Positions 27,101 through 42,100 of a DNA stretch of 64,000 nt are shown here, one piece after another. Each line of letters opens with the position of its first letter. The first letter of the stretch is position 1. Source of the DNA: Phoronis australis (taxonomy: Eukaryota; Animalia; Phoronida); the NCBI GenBank assembly GCA_002633005.1, contig NMRA01000379.1, forward strand, positions 124,001 through 188,000, in the 5' to 3' direction. The position numbers were made by a program, and so were the translations under genes. The notes below the pieces were generated by a model. It ran no database searches, was not told the DNA's origin, and saw only the letters and a program-made list of their open reading frames with translations.

Positions 27101-30100
27101 GGTGCAAATATGACAAGTTTACCCTGACTGAAAAGGAGTGTGTTTCAAGTTTTATTTTTTTAATATCCAGTAAGAAATAGATAGACAACAGAACGCAGAA
27201 GGGTAGAGTTATGAATTATAAAATAAACCTCAAAGCAGAAGTGTAGAGTTCTGAATTATAAAATAAACCGCAAACTCATGCGTGCACAACACTGACAGTA
27301 AAATCCAACACAACAAATTCATAAATTGTGCTGGAAATCAAGGACAACTTTCATGCCAAGGAACTGAAATATAACAACACTGATGACCAAACGGGGATTA
27401 ATTTACACAAAATAAGACACGCGTCACAACAAAACGCAACCAAAGTCGATCTGAGAGTGACTAAAAAAGAAAAAGCTGCGAAGTCACGTGACACCAATCA
27501 CCTTCATCGTGGTGTGTATCGTCGTCTTCCCTCAATGCAAGTTTCATACTTTTCGTTTTACGGAACTGATAGTTTGGCGGCCTGTCGACAGTATGCCGTG
27601 GATGAACAGTTTCATCTAAACTATCCTTGGACTGAGCTGATGGAGCGAGGGACAGTTTGACGCCTTGGCTTGGAGACATAGCCAGCTGTGATAATAGGCT
27701 AGTGTCTGGACAAGATCGTCTGTGACGCTCTGGGGAGGAGAGAGCGGCACACAATTCAACACCACTAATTAAACAGGGAAAGAAACACTGAATGTGTTCA
27801 CAAGTCACATACAGGGAAAAGTAGTACAAAACCACTGATACCATCTTTTTATTTAAGTAGAAAAACACAATGCAGCAAATGTTATATGGTGTGCAGGTCC
27901 TCATTTCCCATCTTTTCCTGTGATCCTGCAGCGTCCAGTTTCATCATGTTGGATAATTTTTATCGCACATGGCTCAAACCTCACTGTGCAGTGTGAATGG
28001 GGTGTATGTTTGGTTGTTTACGTCTTGCACAATGTGCACTGGCACACACTCTTCATATGGATAATTAGGAGTATATCTAGTCATGTCTACTCATCACATG
28101 AAGCTGGCTGCAGTGAGAGTGCTGTGTACTGGTCAAACTGAACCATGCAGCCACGGCTGCACATACACTGAGCACACTGTACCTGTTGCATAGTGTGCGG
28201 CTAAGCACTAGACGTTGAAAAGCTCCAAATTGGAGCAGACATGAACCTATTCATTTTATTCTGTTCTGAACAATTCCCAGGCCCGCTGTCTAATCTTTAT
28301 AATTGAAACCGAACTCAAAAAATAATGTTTTACTTTAGAGCGAACTCAAGATTATTTTGTATTTAAGTTATGCTTTACGCATGAGTGTCTTGTACATGTT
28401 TGCCCTTGAGGACCCATCAAGTTCAGATTCGAATATGTAGCTTTAGTGCTGTGATCATCTAGTACAAACAAGGATTAAACAGCATCATTTTTAAAATCTT
28501 TTGGTCTATTAACACCACTTTCTAGCCTATTTACACTGGCATGACATTGTGGACAACCACTTCTCTGGCCACCTGTTAGAGTATTCTTAGAAAAACCATT
28601 AAACGAGAACGGATGCATGGTACCCCCATGTGAATGGTACACTCTTCTAAGAATGGTGTACTACTTGAAGATGGCTGGAGAAATAACCAACCAAAACATC
28701 TTGTGAATGTAAACAGGCTAGAGGCTGGTGTAAATAAACCAGTAGGTTTTAGGAATGATGTTACCACATCATAACCAGAAAGCGGATTTAGGAAGGCAAG
28801 GATTAGAAAGTTATCCCCGTAACCACAATGTAGTCAAGAACAGAATGACAGACCATATCACGACTTTGCTCATAAGTAGAACGTAAAATGACAAAAACAA
28901 CTTCAAGTTCGATTTAAGTTACAAAGATTAGCGCGCAGGCACAGATCTTCCTTCCACCATGGTAGGCAAGATAGGCCAGCGAGATAGCAGTGAAGCATGC
29001 GCTACAGTCCCACTGCCCACTTACCAGCGAATATGCTTCTTCTCTGCCGTATTTGGCTGGGTAGCACCACATGGTCGTCTGGAGGTACCTCACTGTATAT
29101 CCCGTTGTCCTGCGTGTTGACACGGCTGTACACAGACTGGTCATACATAGGGGTGGGTGATGCAGACAGCGACCGGTCGTGCTCACTGTCTGATAGGTGG
29201 CGATGCGTCACCGGCTCGTCATAGAGACGCTCCTCCGAGTCTTCCGTGCTTTGGCTACAAGACGATAAATCAAAGTCACCAATTTAATCACAATTTTGGA
29301 TCACGAGCATACTAGTAACAAAACTGGAGATGGTTATAAGGCCCTGGAGCTCATTTGCATTACAAATAAATTACACTGATACCATATTGCATGTAAAGGT
29401 GCACTTCAAATTTAAGTTAAAGGCGAAGGCAACCTTTTCCATGTCATTTTGAGCTAAAATAAGGTTGGTTGGTTATCCTAGACATATTTTCCACTTAATT
29501 ACAGCTTTTCTTAATCTTATAAATTACTCGTCCGCTACTCCGGAAGTGACGTTTTAGGAGGCGTTTCCCGCCACTTGGTTTTGCGTTGACTTTACTGTGC
29601 GAATCTGTTCTATTCTACTTTTGTTTTGTGCTGTTTTTCAACAATTGTCGCCACCACTTTCCATCGGCGAGTATTCTGCGGCAAGATAGGTTAGTAGAGA
29701 ACTCAACAACGATAATTGATGGACAAGAAATGATAATGACAGACAGATTGACCACAAAGTTTTTGTTGGGTGCAGAAAAATTCCATGTGAGATCACAACT
29801 CTTATCAGTTACCAGAAACTTGCTCTTCAAAGACACCTGTGAGCAATACTTTTGGCAGCCACAAAGTGTCTCTGTTCACCATGTGTCTGTAATTTCAATA
29901 AGATTTTTTCAATTTCATGGATCTATGAATCTCAAACTGTCTCCACGAACACTTTTGGACTGCTATGCCAAGTGAATATTGGAACTTGTCTACTTGACTC
30001 TTCATACTTTTTATTTAAAAATCATCAGTTTTCTTATAAGTGTTAACACCAGTTTAGTGTTGTAGAAATTTTCATTCTAATATAACTGCAGTACAGCATG

Positions 30101-33100
30101 TGCTTGTAATCAAGTTGCCTATGACTTGATTAATGGCAAAGTGTACATATTGCACTCTGTACACAAGCAACATGGGTTTGATATTTGTTTTGGGATATGT
30201 TTGGGTATTTGCCAAGTGAATTTTTGGTGAGTTTTGATTTCTTTTGAGATGTGTTTGACTGAAACCACCAACCTGTCAACATTTCCAGGTCAAAATATAC
30301 CACCCAATATTAATGTTTTACTTCTTACATGAATGACCACCCATAATCTGAGTTTTTTCTGAAGACCACCACCCATGAATTTTCGTTTCAACTGCCGTCC
30401 CTCCTTCCCATACGGATTTTGCTGGAACAGCCTCCAAGTGTGTATGTATTTGTGTATGTGTCTATGTTTCTAAATACATGGTAACCCACTGCACACATGT
30501 ATGAGTACATCAATTCTGTATATCCGAAAACTTGCTGCCGAAGTACAGCCAGTATATCCATGTATATATTATTTCTCACGTGACCAGGAATGTGTTACAA
30601 CTAATTAATAACACAGAGTAAGTATTTTTTTTGATATTACATGGGCTAATAATAAAGTAGTGCAAAGTAAAAATCCATACGCCTTACATTTCATCGTCTG
30701 CAAAACACTAAAACAACCAAACGCGCGCCAACCGAACAATGCCGGAATTTCGAGGTGACAAGGTTACGTACTCCCAGTCCGAAGGACATGCAAACAATTA
30801 TTAAATGAACCCATCTTCGGCGACAAGTTCCATATCCACGCTCAGATGAGCCCCAATTCGAGGAACGCAAAGAGACTGTCTAGCTGTGCTGTCTCAAGGT
30901 CAATTCAGTGCTCACACACAGGGAAGCCTTGCTGTCTGTCATTTATAAACATTTTTTTGAAAATAAAACTATTAAAAAAAGTAACTGAATTAATTTACAT
31001 TGTGCAAGCGTGTTTTTACAATAGTTGCGTCATGTGGTTGAAAGTTTTAGACACGTCGAGTTTTTCGGCAATAAAGATCGTTTTTACAGCTCATGCGAGA
31101 AAACAAATCCTACACTTGTCTCGGATTTCGTCAAAATTTCCAAGACATTTTGCCCATGTCGTAAACCTGAGACTCATGTAGGATTCTCTATTACTGTTTG
31201 TAGTGTTACCTGTTGCCCCAATATGATGTTGATTTGATTTCTGGATGGAAACGTCATCTCTTGTATTTAACTACACTATTGAAATAAAATGTAAAAAAGT
31301 ATTTGGAATCGCTCTAACTGTCGATTGCCTTTAGTATCAGCTTCAACTGTTGTATTCATTCATAAAAGCTGCATTTTGCCCTGTTTAGCCGAAAGAAGAA
31401 TAGAAATTGAATTAAACATTCTACTCTAATACAATATTACTCCTTGCTATGACAGAATACTATTTCTATTACAAACAAAACATGGAAGCCGTCAGTGACT
31501 CAGTAAAAGGCTTGACAGTTTAGACAAACCAAATAATGTTTAATTGAAAGTAATGCATGTATGCAGCAGCGCTTGTGACATGACTTGGTGGCTCACTCAA
31601 CTGCGATTCTCATGATTCAATGAGCATAGTAATGCTTTAACCACAAAGCGCTTCCACTAAAAAATTAATATGGACAGCTAAACCAACAAAATGTAGCTCC
31701 AAGATTCATGTTGATACCACTATGAAATTTCCTAGACAACCTTAACGACAAAGACACATACCTATTGCTGCTGCCCCGTTTCTCATGCCCTCTGGTGGGC
31801 TTGGGCAGAGTCGCAGGAGGTCGTCTCTCCATCTCGCTCAATGACTTTTCACTCTGCTCCGTCCGACTGAGTTCATCGGCTGAATATGAGTACTCGGTGT
31901 CTAACTTCCGATCAAAAGCTTCCTTGAAGAAAGGGTTGAAAACAGCCGCTGGAACATAAAAAGGGTATCAGCAAACAGATCACACATCTTTGCGGATGGT
32001 TTTTAGCAAACACATTTCAGAACGTAAATGCATACCAGGTGATGCAAGCTCTATAATTAAGATATAGCAACACTATCTTTTCATGGTAATGATATTCTTA
32101 TTGGACACTAAACAATAACATTAATATAATGCTGATAAATAGCTTTATAGAGACTCAACACAGAACCTCTCCCTCCAAACTCAATCATTATAAATGGGTT
32201 CATAGAGACCCAACAGAGAACCTCTCCCTTCAAACTCAATTATTATAAATGGGTTCATAGAGACCCAACAAAGAACCGTTCCCTCTAAACAAAATCATTA
32301 TAAATGGGTTCATAGAGACCCAACAGAGAATCTTTCCCTCTAAACACAATCATTATAAATGGGTTCAAAGAGACCCAACAGAGAACCTCTCCGTCTAAAC
32401 TCAATCATTATAAATGGGTTCAAAGAGACCCAACAGAGAACCTCTCCCTCTAAACTCAATCATTATAAATGGGTTCAAAGAGACCCAACAGAGAACCTCT
32501 CCCTCTTAACTCAATCATTATAAATGGGTTCATAGAGACCCAACAGAGAACCTCTCCCTCCAAACTCAATCACTGACTTCAGAATATATCCACATCTGGG
32601 TTGAAATCACATTCTTTTACCTTGTCTTAATTATTCTACACACAACACCAGAATTACTCAGTAAAATGTTCCGCCAACACACAGATCTGATAGGCATTCA
32701 ATAAGACTAGAGACTTTCAGTGAGAAATGTTAAACAGCATAAGTATAGTGTCTGCAAAATTAATGTTAAACAGCATAAGTATAGTGTCTGCAAATGCTAA
32801 ACAGCACAAGTAATAGTATTTGCAAATGTTAAACAGCACAAGTGTAGTGTCTGCAAATGCTAAACAGCGCAAGTACAGTGTCTGCAAATGTTAAACAGCA
32901 CAAGTATAGTGTTTGCAAATGTTAGCATAAGTGAAGTGTCTGCAAATGTTAAACAGCATAAGTATAGTGTCTGCAAAATTAATGTTAAACAGCACAAGTA
33001 AAGTGTCTGCAAATGCTAAACAGCGCAAGTATAGTGTTTGCAAATGCTAAATAGCACAAGTATAGTGTCTGCAAATGCTAAACAGCACAAGTATAGTGTC

Positions 33101-36100
33101 TGCAAATGTTAAACAGCATAAGTATAGTGTCTGCAAATGTTAAACAGCATAAGTGTAGTGTATCCAAATGTTAAACAGCACAAGTATAGTGTTTGCAAAT
33201 GTTAGCATAAGTGTAGTGTCTGCAAATGCTCAACAGCACAAGTACAGTGTCTGCAAATGTTAAACAGCACAAGTACAGTGTCTGCAAATGCTAAACAGCA
33301 CAAGTATAGTGTCTGCAAATGCTAAACAGCACAAGTATAGTGTCTGCAAATGTTAAACAGCATAAGTATAGTGTCTGCAAATGTTAAACAGCATAAGTGT
33401 AGTGTATCCAAATGTTAAACAGCACAAGTATAGTGTTTGCAAATGTTAGCATAAGTGTAGTGTCTGCAAATGCTCAACAGCACAAGTACAGTGTCTGCAA
33501 ATGCTAAACAGCAAAAGTATAGTGTTTGCAAATGCTAAACAGCACAAGTATAGTGTCTGCAAATTTTAGGTAATGTCTTCTCTCACAGTTCAACAATCTG
33601 GCACAGCAGTTCAATCACTTTCAGAGGTGGCCATTTTGTTGGCTTGTGCTGGCAATACCATGAAAGTATTGACAAAAAACAAGCAAAATCTTGCTAAACC
33701 ATAAACGATCTTGTATGATCTCACCACAAAATCGTAAGATATCAGCCTTAATCAAAACAAACTATTAAACCACGGTCCACACTTACTCTGCTGCTGGAAG
33801 TTGGTACTGGTGGTCATGAACCGTGCACCGATCTCATCGGCAAGTTTGTTACCATCGGTGATGAGCGCCTGGCTGTAGTCGCTGCCGAAGAAAGCGTTGG
33901 CACCACCGCTCTCAGTCACAGCCAGAACAGACAGCGGCACTTCGTTAGGAATGTTTTCACAGAATGCTCTACAAAGACAATCAACAAGTGGTTTACTACC
34001 TCAAAAAAAATCAAAATTCGTTGGGCGAATATTCTCTCTCAACCCTTTATCCAAGACAAAACCTCTAATTTTGTTTTGGAGCAAAGCAGAAGGTTTTCCC
34101 CTAATATGGTCCCTTTCAAAAACTCCCCAAAGTTGAATGCATCAGTTCTCCCCAATAATCACTACCTTCCTCATTGCCCATTTCACATTGATTTCTATTA
34201 ACAGCATACTTTAGCATGGGCATTTTGACTAATAATCTTTAACAATTTTAACGAAGTTGAACACGTTACTTCCCAACAATTGTTTACTCTCTGTATTTGG
34301 ACATGCTTCAGAGATATACTTAGCCACTTGCCCATTGCCAAAAGCGAGTAAAAATGGTGCTGGGCGAGTAGAAGTTGACTTGCCGGTCGTCCAGGTGGCG
34401 AGCAAATTTTCAGAGCGCAAAAGCACTATATCGTTTCCCAGATGAACATGAATAAATTTTATCCTCCTGGTGCTGTTTTTATCATAAATTTAAGGTTCAG
34501 TTTAGTCAGCGTCTGGATGCTCTGGCAGTAAAAAACATCGGCGCAGTGCGATTTTACCGATTCATTAGATGTCACCCGTTACGCGATTCGTCTAGACAAA
34601 AGATCACAGTGTGTGGTTGTGCACAAAGGAATTTGTGGACTAGTCCGAAATGAAGAAATGAGGGTAAAGGTCGAAGACCTGTCCATGTGCTAACAGCAAG
34701 TGAAATACCATATTTCTTGGAACTGATTTCTTATTGTAATGTACAATGTCATTTTAGCCAAAATTATTTTATAAATAATAACATTCGTCCTCATGAGCGC
34801 CCATGCCCCTATAAGCGCCCCCCCCTCTCGTTTTCAGACTTCGCTAAAATAAGCACCCAGTCCATGAACATGTACATATGCAAAAAATGCCTTACGTACA
34901 GTTCTAAAATTCTACAATGTCTTCAATTTCTCAATAATATCCAACAGTCCTAAAAAATCATTGTGCGCGGATTTTCTAGACCAGGAGCCTCACCGCTATG
35001 TCGGTATTTAGCCATGGTAGTACACCTCAAACTTCCGCAGTGCTTCAAAAAGAACGCAAAAGTTTTTCTGATCTTGCGAGGAACGTGTCCAACTACGGTC
35101 AGGCCTCTCAGAACAGACGCAGTGTACTTGTCAACGGAATTGTATTGCATCTTTCCCGTACATATCTTCTCCCTCAACAGGAATCCAGATTATATGTACA
35201 CGTAAAAACCGCGAATCGAAACTTGACCAGTGTTAATGAGCATGTGGCCAAGAAGCGCACGCTAGGGCCTACATATATGAGGGCCTGCTACTCTGGCAAA
35301 TGAACTCTGATGACACGCACGCGCTCGCTCACTCAGTGCACACTTGCAGACTAACTTCAAAACAAAAGTCACGTGACAACAACATGTGTGTTCATCCAGA
35401 TTTTTCTCGTGTTGCGGGGTGCGATGTAGCGCAGATTTGGACTTAATCTGCGGTTAATCCTGACTCCACGGGAACTTAAAAATCTTAGGGACGCTATTTA
35501 TAAAACCTAAGGAGCATTTCAGGTAAGTTGTTGAGTCGAATCTATATTTTTAATCAAGAACTCAATTTGTCCTATCGACGATCGCAGGCAGCGATGCATC
35601 AGTCGGCTACTTTTCGCCCTGGGATTTCAGCACGTTTTTTAAAAAAGATCGTAATTTTACAACAAAGTTTGAGAGCAATGCACTACAGTTTTGTAGAAAG
35701 TCTGTCATAGGTTACAGATACGTCACAGTGCGTAAATTTGATGAATCCTAGTTTCTAATTTCACCAGTTACGGAGATCAGGCGTGCGTACAGTAACGCTA
35801 GGACCTACGCTAGGACCTAGTTAAAATCTAGCCAAAGTCACGTGTTGCCATTCAAAATTCACGGTAGTATCTCACGTAACGTCGCGAAGTCTTGTTCTTT
35901 AGCGAGGACCTAGCCTTACCGAATGGGAGGCGGGTTTCAACCGTCTTAGGCTACAACAAGTGCCCCCCTTTTGAAACAAATTTGTCTGAGTGCCTCTTAT
36001 TATGGCGAATAGCCCTAATAGATGGTGACATCTATGCACGAAACAATGATTTTTGACATTGGCAGCAAGTTTGCGGTGACAGACGCAAACAGCAGGGCGA

Positions 36101-39100
36101 CTGAACTTGGGGCTGGGCGAGTAGATTTTCTGGCTCACTCGCCCAGCTGGCGAGCAGGGTTTTGAAACCTGAGTATATCCCTGTGATAACAGTTGGTGAA
36201 CTGGCAGACTAAGTGCCGATTACACTATACAGGAAGTTTTAACTTAAGAAGATGAACACCTCACTTGTCAACAAACATTGCTAACCTGGTTCACAATGAG
36301 TAGAGACATTGCGAAACAGTGCTCTTATGATTATTGAGGTCAAGTGATGTCTTCATCCTCAACTCCCTTACATTGATAGACTGCACACTGACTCACTTGA
36401 GTGAGCTGAACGAGGCTTTCCTGCGGGCTGAGTAGACTAACACAAAGCCGTGGTTCAGGTCATCGCGTATCATCGCGCCGGCATGATACGATGTGACAGT
36501 CACCTCCACCTTACGCTTGTGCTGGTCCAGGTACATCTCTACAGTTATAGTCGGGTACCTGTCGGAGGTGATGAAGCAGCACTGGTGGCTCAACAGGGGG
36601 CCCAGTACAAGTTCGCACGTGTACGGGTCGCCACACATTAGGCACATGACGATCCTACAATGACAAATACATGTTAACTAGTATTTTTGCTTAGTCCTCC
36701 GTCAGTGAGAAACGTGTAACTATTAAGTGAGATTGGGAATGTCTTAAAGTCCCATGCAGCAACGTCATCTGTGAAAACGATTGTTTTGGTTTTAAGTTGT
36801 GGGGTGGAGCCTTTACATTTGGAGCTTTTCTAATTACATGATGAAGCCATGGGCAGAATGGAATCCTAATTACATTTGATAAAACCATGGACAGAATGGA
36901 ATCCTAATTACATTTGATAAAACCATGGACAGAATGGAATCCTAATTACATTTGATAAAACCATGGACAGAATGGAATCCTAATTACATTTGATAAAACC
37001 AAGGACAGAATGGAATCCTAATTACATGCATGGGGCTTCAAATGGAATAAACCCTTCAAATGGAATAATCCCTTCATTTTGTCAATTACTTTTGGACATA
37101 ATTAATTGAAGAGTTATTGTAGCACGTTATTGCCAGTTGGTGAGTCAGTCCTTACCTAATATCTGGCTCAATACTCTCGGACACAGGGCAGAGATTGACT
37201 AAAGCTGCTCTATGTCGTATACATTTAACAAGTTCATCTAGACCCTGCATCACCTGGTCCGGATGCACCTTTCTTTCACCGCAGAATTCAGGAAGATCAA
37301 CAAATGGACACTGTAACCTGTGGAAACAAGAACACAAGTCACACCTAACAAACACAACAGAATTATTGCAATGCTAAGATTGTATCATAACTACAACTTC
37401 TGAATTCATAAAAGAACACCTGGCCATATTACAAAATAAGGACTTAGAGTAAATAATAGTTACCAAATGATCTTTTTTGCACAAAATTCAAAAGTGTTTT
37501 GAAAAAAAACAACCTTCTTTCATAGGATTGAGAATACCCAATTAACTCCTTAATAGTTTCATAATCAATTCTCAGCCGATTGAAAGTGGCACTTTAGTAC
37601 ATGGACTTTAATATTTGGCACAAAGTTTGCTCAGATTTCAGCAAATGCACGACAATCATTCAGCTGCAAAAAAATTGCGACACCACCGATATCATTCATA
37701 AAGGACATATCATGAGTTCACAGGAAGAAAGACGACTTCTCGCAAGCAAGAGAATATTGCGGCTGAAAGAAAATGTTACCAAGGTGATTTCAGGAGCTCG
37801 ATCCAGTGTATTTTTCAGATGAAACTGTTCCTCTTTCACTGAGGATATGACAAAGACTGTTAATTACTATAATCCACACGAAACTGTTCCTCTTTCACTG
37901 AGGATATGACAAAGACTGTTAGTTACAATAATCCATGTTAATTGTTCTTTTTTCACTGAGGATACAACAAAGAGTGTTAATTACTATAATCCAGATGAAA
38001 TTGTTCCTTTTAAATGAAGGTTTCATCAGGAAAATCAATGGTGACCTGTGTAGTAATCCAGAACTTATCAACATAAGTACAGGAGTGCATGCTACGTTTC
38101 CTTGTTCACATACAACACACAACTCATGCTACCCCACCACCTTGAATGTCAAAATTTAATTGATGTATGTCAAGCACGCGATTATCCTCCATTTTCCTCA
38201 ATATAATCCGTAATTTTGGGTTCATATCTTCAATGTCTTGCGTCATATTGAATTTTCAAGTGTTATCTTTTTTTCCAAACACCATGTATTAATGTTTCCC
38301 CAACTTCAATAAAAAGAAAAGCACATTTTCAAGTTGAACAACGTTGACTTACCATCAGTAAACAAGCAAGCTAAAATTATCAAGCTTTAAAGCCACTCAT
38401 GTTTTGAAGGATTCCAAAGGACATACCACAAAATTTTGAGACTACACACAAGATAGGCACTATCAGGCACTACTTCACTCTGTACACATGCAACTTCACA
38501 GCCTGCATGACAGCCACTGTGACCCCTGCAGCACACACGTGTTCCTAGCGAGTAACCAGTACGTACCTAACTGCCAGAGACTGACCATCCTCCCTCAACA
38601 TCATAACGCCCTTTTCTGTCATGGCTGTGTCGTGGGCTAGTATGATGACTAAGGGCAGACCCTGGAATGGAAGCCTCTCCTCGTTCTCTAAATCAGACAT
38701 CAGCGTCTTCTCTAGACTATCACGTAAGTACTCCAGGGAGTCGTGTGATGAGTACACACAAAAACATCCTGCCAACAGACGATTGATCAATAATCAGACC
38801 ATGCACCAACACTTTCTTCCACTGACTGCCTCAAACATGAAATTGACAAATATGTTACTTTAAATGAAATATATCACTGTAAGCTATCTTGTACACATTG
38901 TACAGTACCAGACGTGAGCAGGTTACTTGAGGGGGCCCATTGCACTGATCTCCTAGAGCCATTTTATGCTTTATTGATATATAGTTCAAAGTGATATGAA
39001 AACCTGAGTCAAGGGTATAGCAGTTTGCCCCAGCAGGATTACCCTAAGTAAAGGAAGTGAACACATACCCCACTAGGCCACACTGCCTCCTAAGTTTATC

Positions 39101-42100
39101 AACTGTACTTAAAGCATCATTTCGCCATGTTTAGCAAGTGGAAAACGAAAATAAAATTAGGTCCATTACTCCAAGTTTCGTGTCCATAAAACTGAGAAAT
39201 ATTCCAATTACCTTCAACTGGATGGCAGTGATACAAAACTAAAGAACAAATTTCAGCAAATAAAAGTCTTGGAAACTTGGCAACCCTTTTTCATAATATC
39301 CATTACCAGGATAAGATTCCATTCCCATTACCTTACTAGACATCAGTGTTCTCCACAACCTGTTTTAACTGGACACTGTAACAAGTTTGCATTTTGCCAG
39401 GTTTAAAATTTAGGCTGGCTTGGCACTTCAGCCCTCAGCAACAAAGCAGAAACTACTTTTACCTACCACAAGCCCAATTCACTTCTGATGTAGTTAACAG
39501 CATATGTATAACTTTTCATGACATTACGAGAGTGTAAACTATTACTAATTAAATTTGACGAAATTCTTTACATAACAAAATTTCATAGAGTTAACTAGCT
39601 TGCTTAAAGAAATGACTAATCTACATTGTCATTCTAACCTTAAATTTTTGCATTAAAACCTGTAAAGGAGCAATTTAATTTGCTTAATAAAGACAATTTT
39701 GATTTTGACTGATATCTGGTGGCAAGTTAGAACTTATTAGCTTATTCAACTGGACAACAAGTGTCACTGAAAATTAGGTCACACCAGAACACATATTAGT
39801 GGTGTTTAATATGTCCAATTGATATTAGAATCAGTATTGGTATTATTAAAGGAACTTTTAACTTTTTGTTTGCTGATCTGGGTCTGTCATGAATACTCTG
39901 GAGGACATATGTGATACATTTGTAGGATTGCTACACTTAGAAGAGTCAAAAAGTAGGTCACACTAGTTCAGTGTGCAGTTTTGAAACATATATAAATACA
40001 TATATAAATACATATATAAATACATATATAAATACATATATAAATACTTCCAGCATACATAATGATAGCTAGAGAAGAGACAATGTTGATAACTGATATT
40101 GAACTCATCTAGAGATTTAAGTTGAGTTTGGATTTAGAGAACAGTGTACATGAGTCGGAGTAAAATTAATTAGATTTTCCTTTTTTTAACCAGCTAAACA
40201 GGTAAAATGTAGCTTTAAAACTTCCCTTACATTACAGCAGCTGTTTCAACATTCCGTTAAAAATGAAAGAATCCATTATCAAGTTGAAGTGGTCAAATCC
40301 ATTATCAAGTTGAAGAGGTCAAATTTTAGTAATTTTCTAAATTATACTTTTACTTGTAAATGCTCCACATATTCTTCACAGCAATGAAAACAAAGTTGTA
40401 TCACAAAACTGGTTTCCAAGGGGTAAGTGGCTTAGTTTTGATTTTTGCTTTTTTGTGAATACTTAATAGTGAAAATGAAGGCTTAAACTCAACAGATTAG
40501 TGGGGAACAGACTACATGGCAAGCAAACTCACCCTGTGGCATGAAATCGGGAGTCCTTAAAGAATTCTGAGGTAAACTAACATCGCCATCTATTGGCCGA
40601 TAGTCCAAGCTATATACAACATCTTCACTCACATACTCATCTTCCTGACACTGTGACTGAAAAATCAAGTGACACAATTCAGAGTGCATTAAGCGGAATA
40701 CACAGTGTAGTAATTAGTGAATATAGCGCATTAAACAGGATATAAAGAGCATTAACCAGACAATGTAGTGCATTAACTAGTGAATATAGTGTGTATAGTG
40801 CATTAACCAGTGAATATGGTTCATTAGACAGTGTATATATAGCCCAATAGCCGGTGAACATAGTATTAACTAGTGAACATAGTGAATGTAGTGAATATAG
40901 TGCATTAACCTGAGTATATAGCGCAGTAACCAGTGAACATAGTGCATTAACCAGTGTATATAGTGCATTTGCCAGTGTATACAGAGCATTTACCACTAAA
41001 GAAAGGGCATTAACCAGTGTATATAGTGCATTAGCCAGTGAATATAGTGCATTTACTAGTGAATATAGTGAATGTGGTGAATATAGTTCATTAACCAGTG
41101 TCTATAGTGCATTAACCACTGAATAAAGGGCATTAACCAGTGAATATAGTGAATACATTGAATACAGTGTACTACCCAGTGAAAACAGTAGTACATTAAC
41201 TAGTATATTAAGTGCGTTTACCAGTATATATAGTGCATTAACCAGTGTATATAATGCAGTAACCAGTGAACATAGTGAATTAACCAGTGTATAGAGTACA
41301 CTAAACAGTGAATACATTGCTTAACCATTGTATAAAATGCATTAACCAACATAATACAGTGCCTCAACCAGTGTATATATTGCACTAATCAGTGTATATA
41401 TATTGCATTAACCAGTGTATATAGTGCAGTAACCAGTGTATATAGTGCAGTATCCAGGAAAGACCTTTGCCTTGAACACGATTTTGTTTAAATATAACTG
41501 AAAGGCAGTTTTGAAAATTGGCTGCCCTGCAATAAAAATCCCGACAACAATGCATTCTGGTTTTTGTGAACTAATAAAAACTCAACCCAAGTGATGACCA
41601 TTGACCATTTTGTAATAATCCTCAGCCTCAAACACTAACCGTTGTTGGCACTACTCAGTACATGCTAAAACTACACACAGCTGATGAGGATACAAATCAC
41701 ATTTTTTAAACATTTACAGGCCATGTCAACAATGAAGATTAACTTTCTAAGTATTTATCTAGTCTGACTGAGTTCACCCTTTTCAGCCAGCCTCTCAGAG
41801 CTCCCACACACCCTTGTCTATAACAGCCCTATCCATACCTCAAACTCACCCTTATGGCTGTGGCCATTTCATCAGCCAGCCCCTCAGAGCTCCCACACAC
41901 CCTTGTCTACAACAGCCCTATCCACTCACCCTTATCACCGTGGCCAATTCATCGGCCAGCCCCTCAGAGCCTAAAAGCACCAGGTTCAATCTTGAATCTT
42001 CTGCATCCAGAGTCCACTGACTACGACACCAAGACTGTGGCCGTCTGGCATGCTTAGCAAGCACATGTTCAATGCGTGCCTCAGCGCAGTGGTCGCGAGA

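Noticed and set aside
27730-27904. Longer exon 14 using the ATTAG acceptor near 27765
   Set aside because: Wrong phase relative to exon 13, leading to a stop; the CCCCAG acceptor at 27730 fits.
40679-41317. LVNALYT-repeat ORFs
   Set aside because: By-products of a 21-bp satellite; interrupted and not needed for exon phase.
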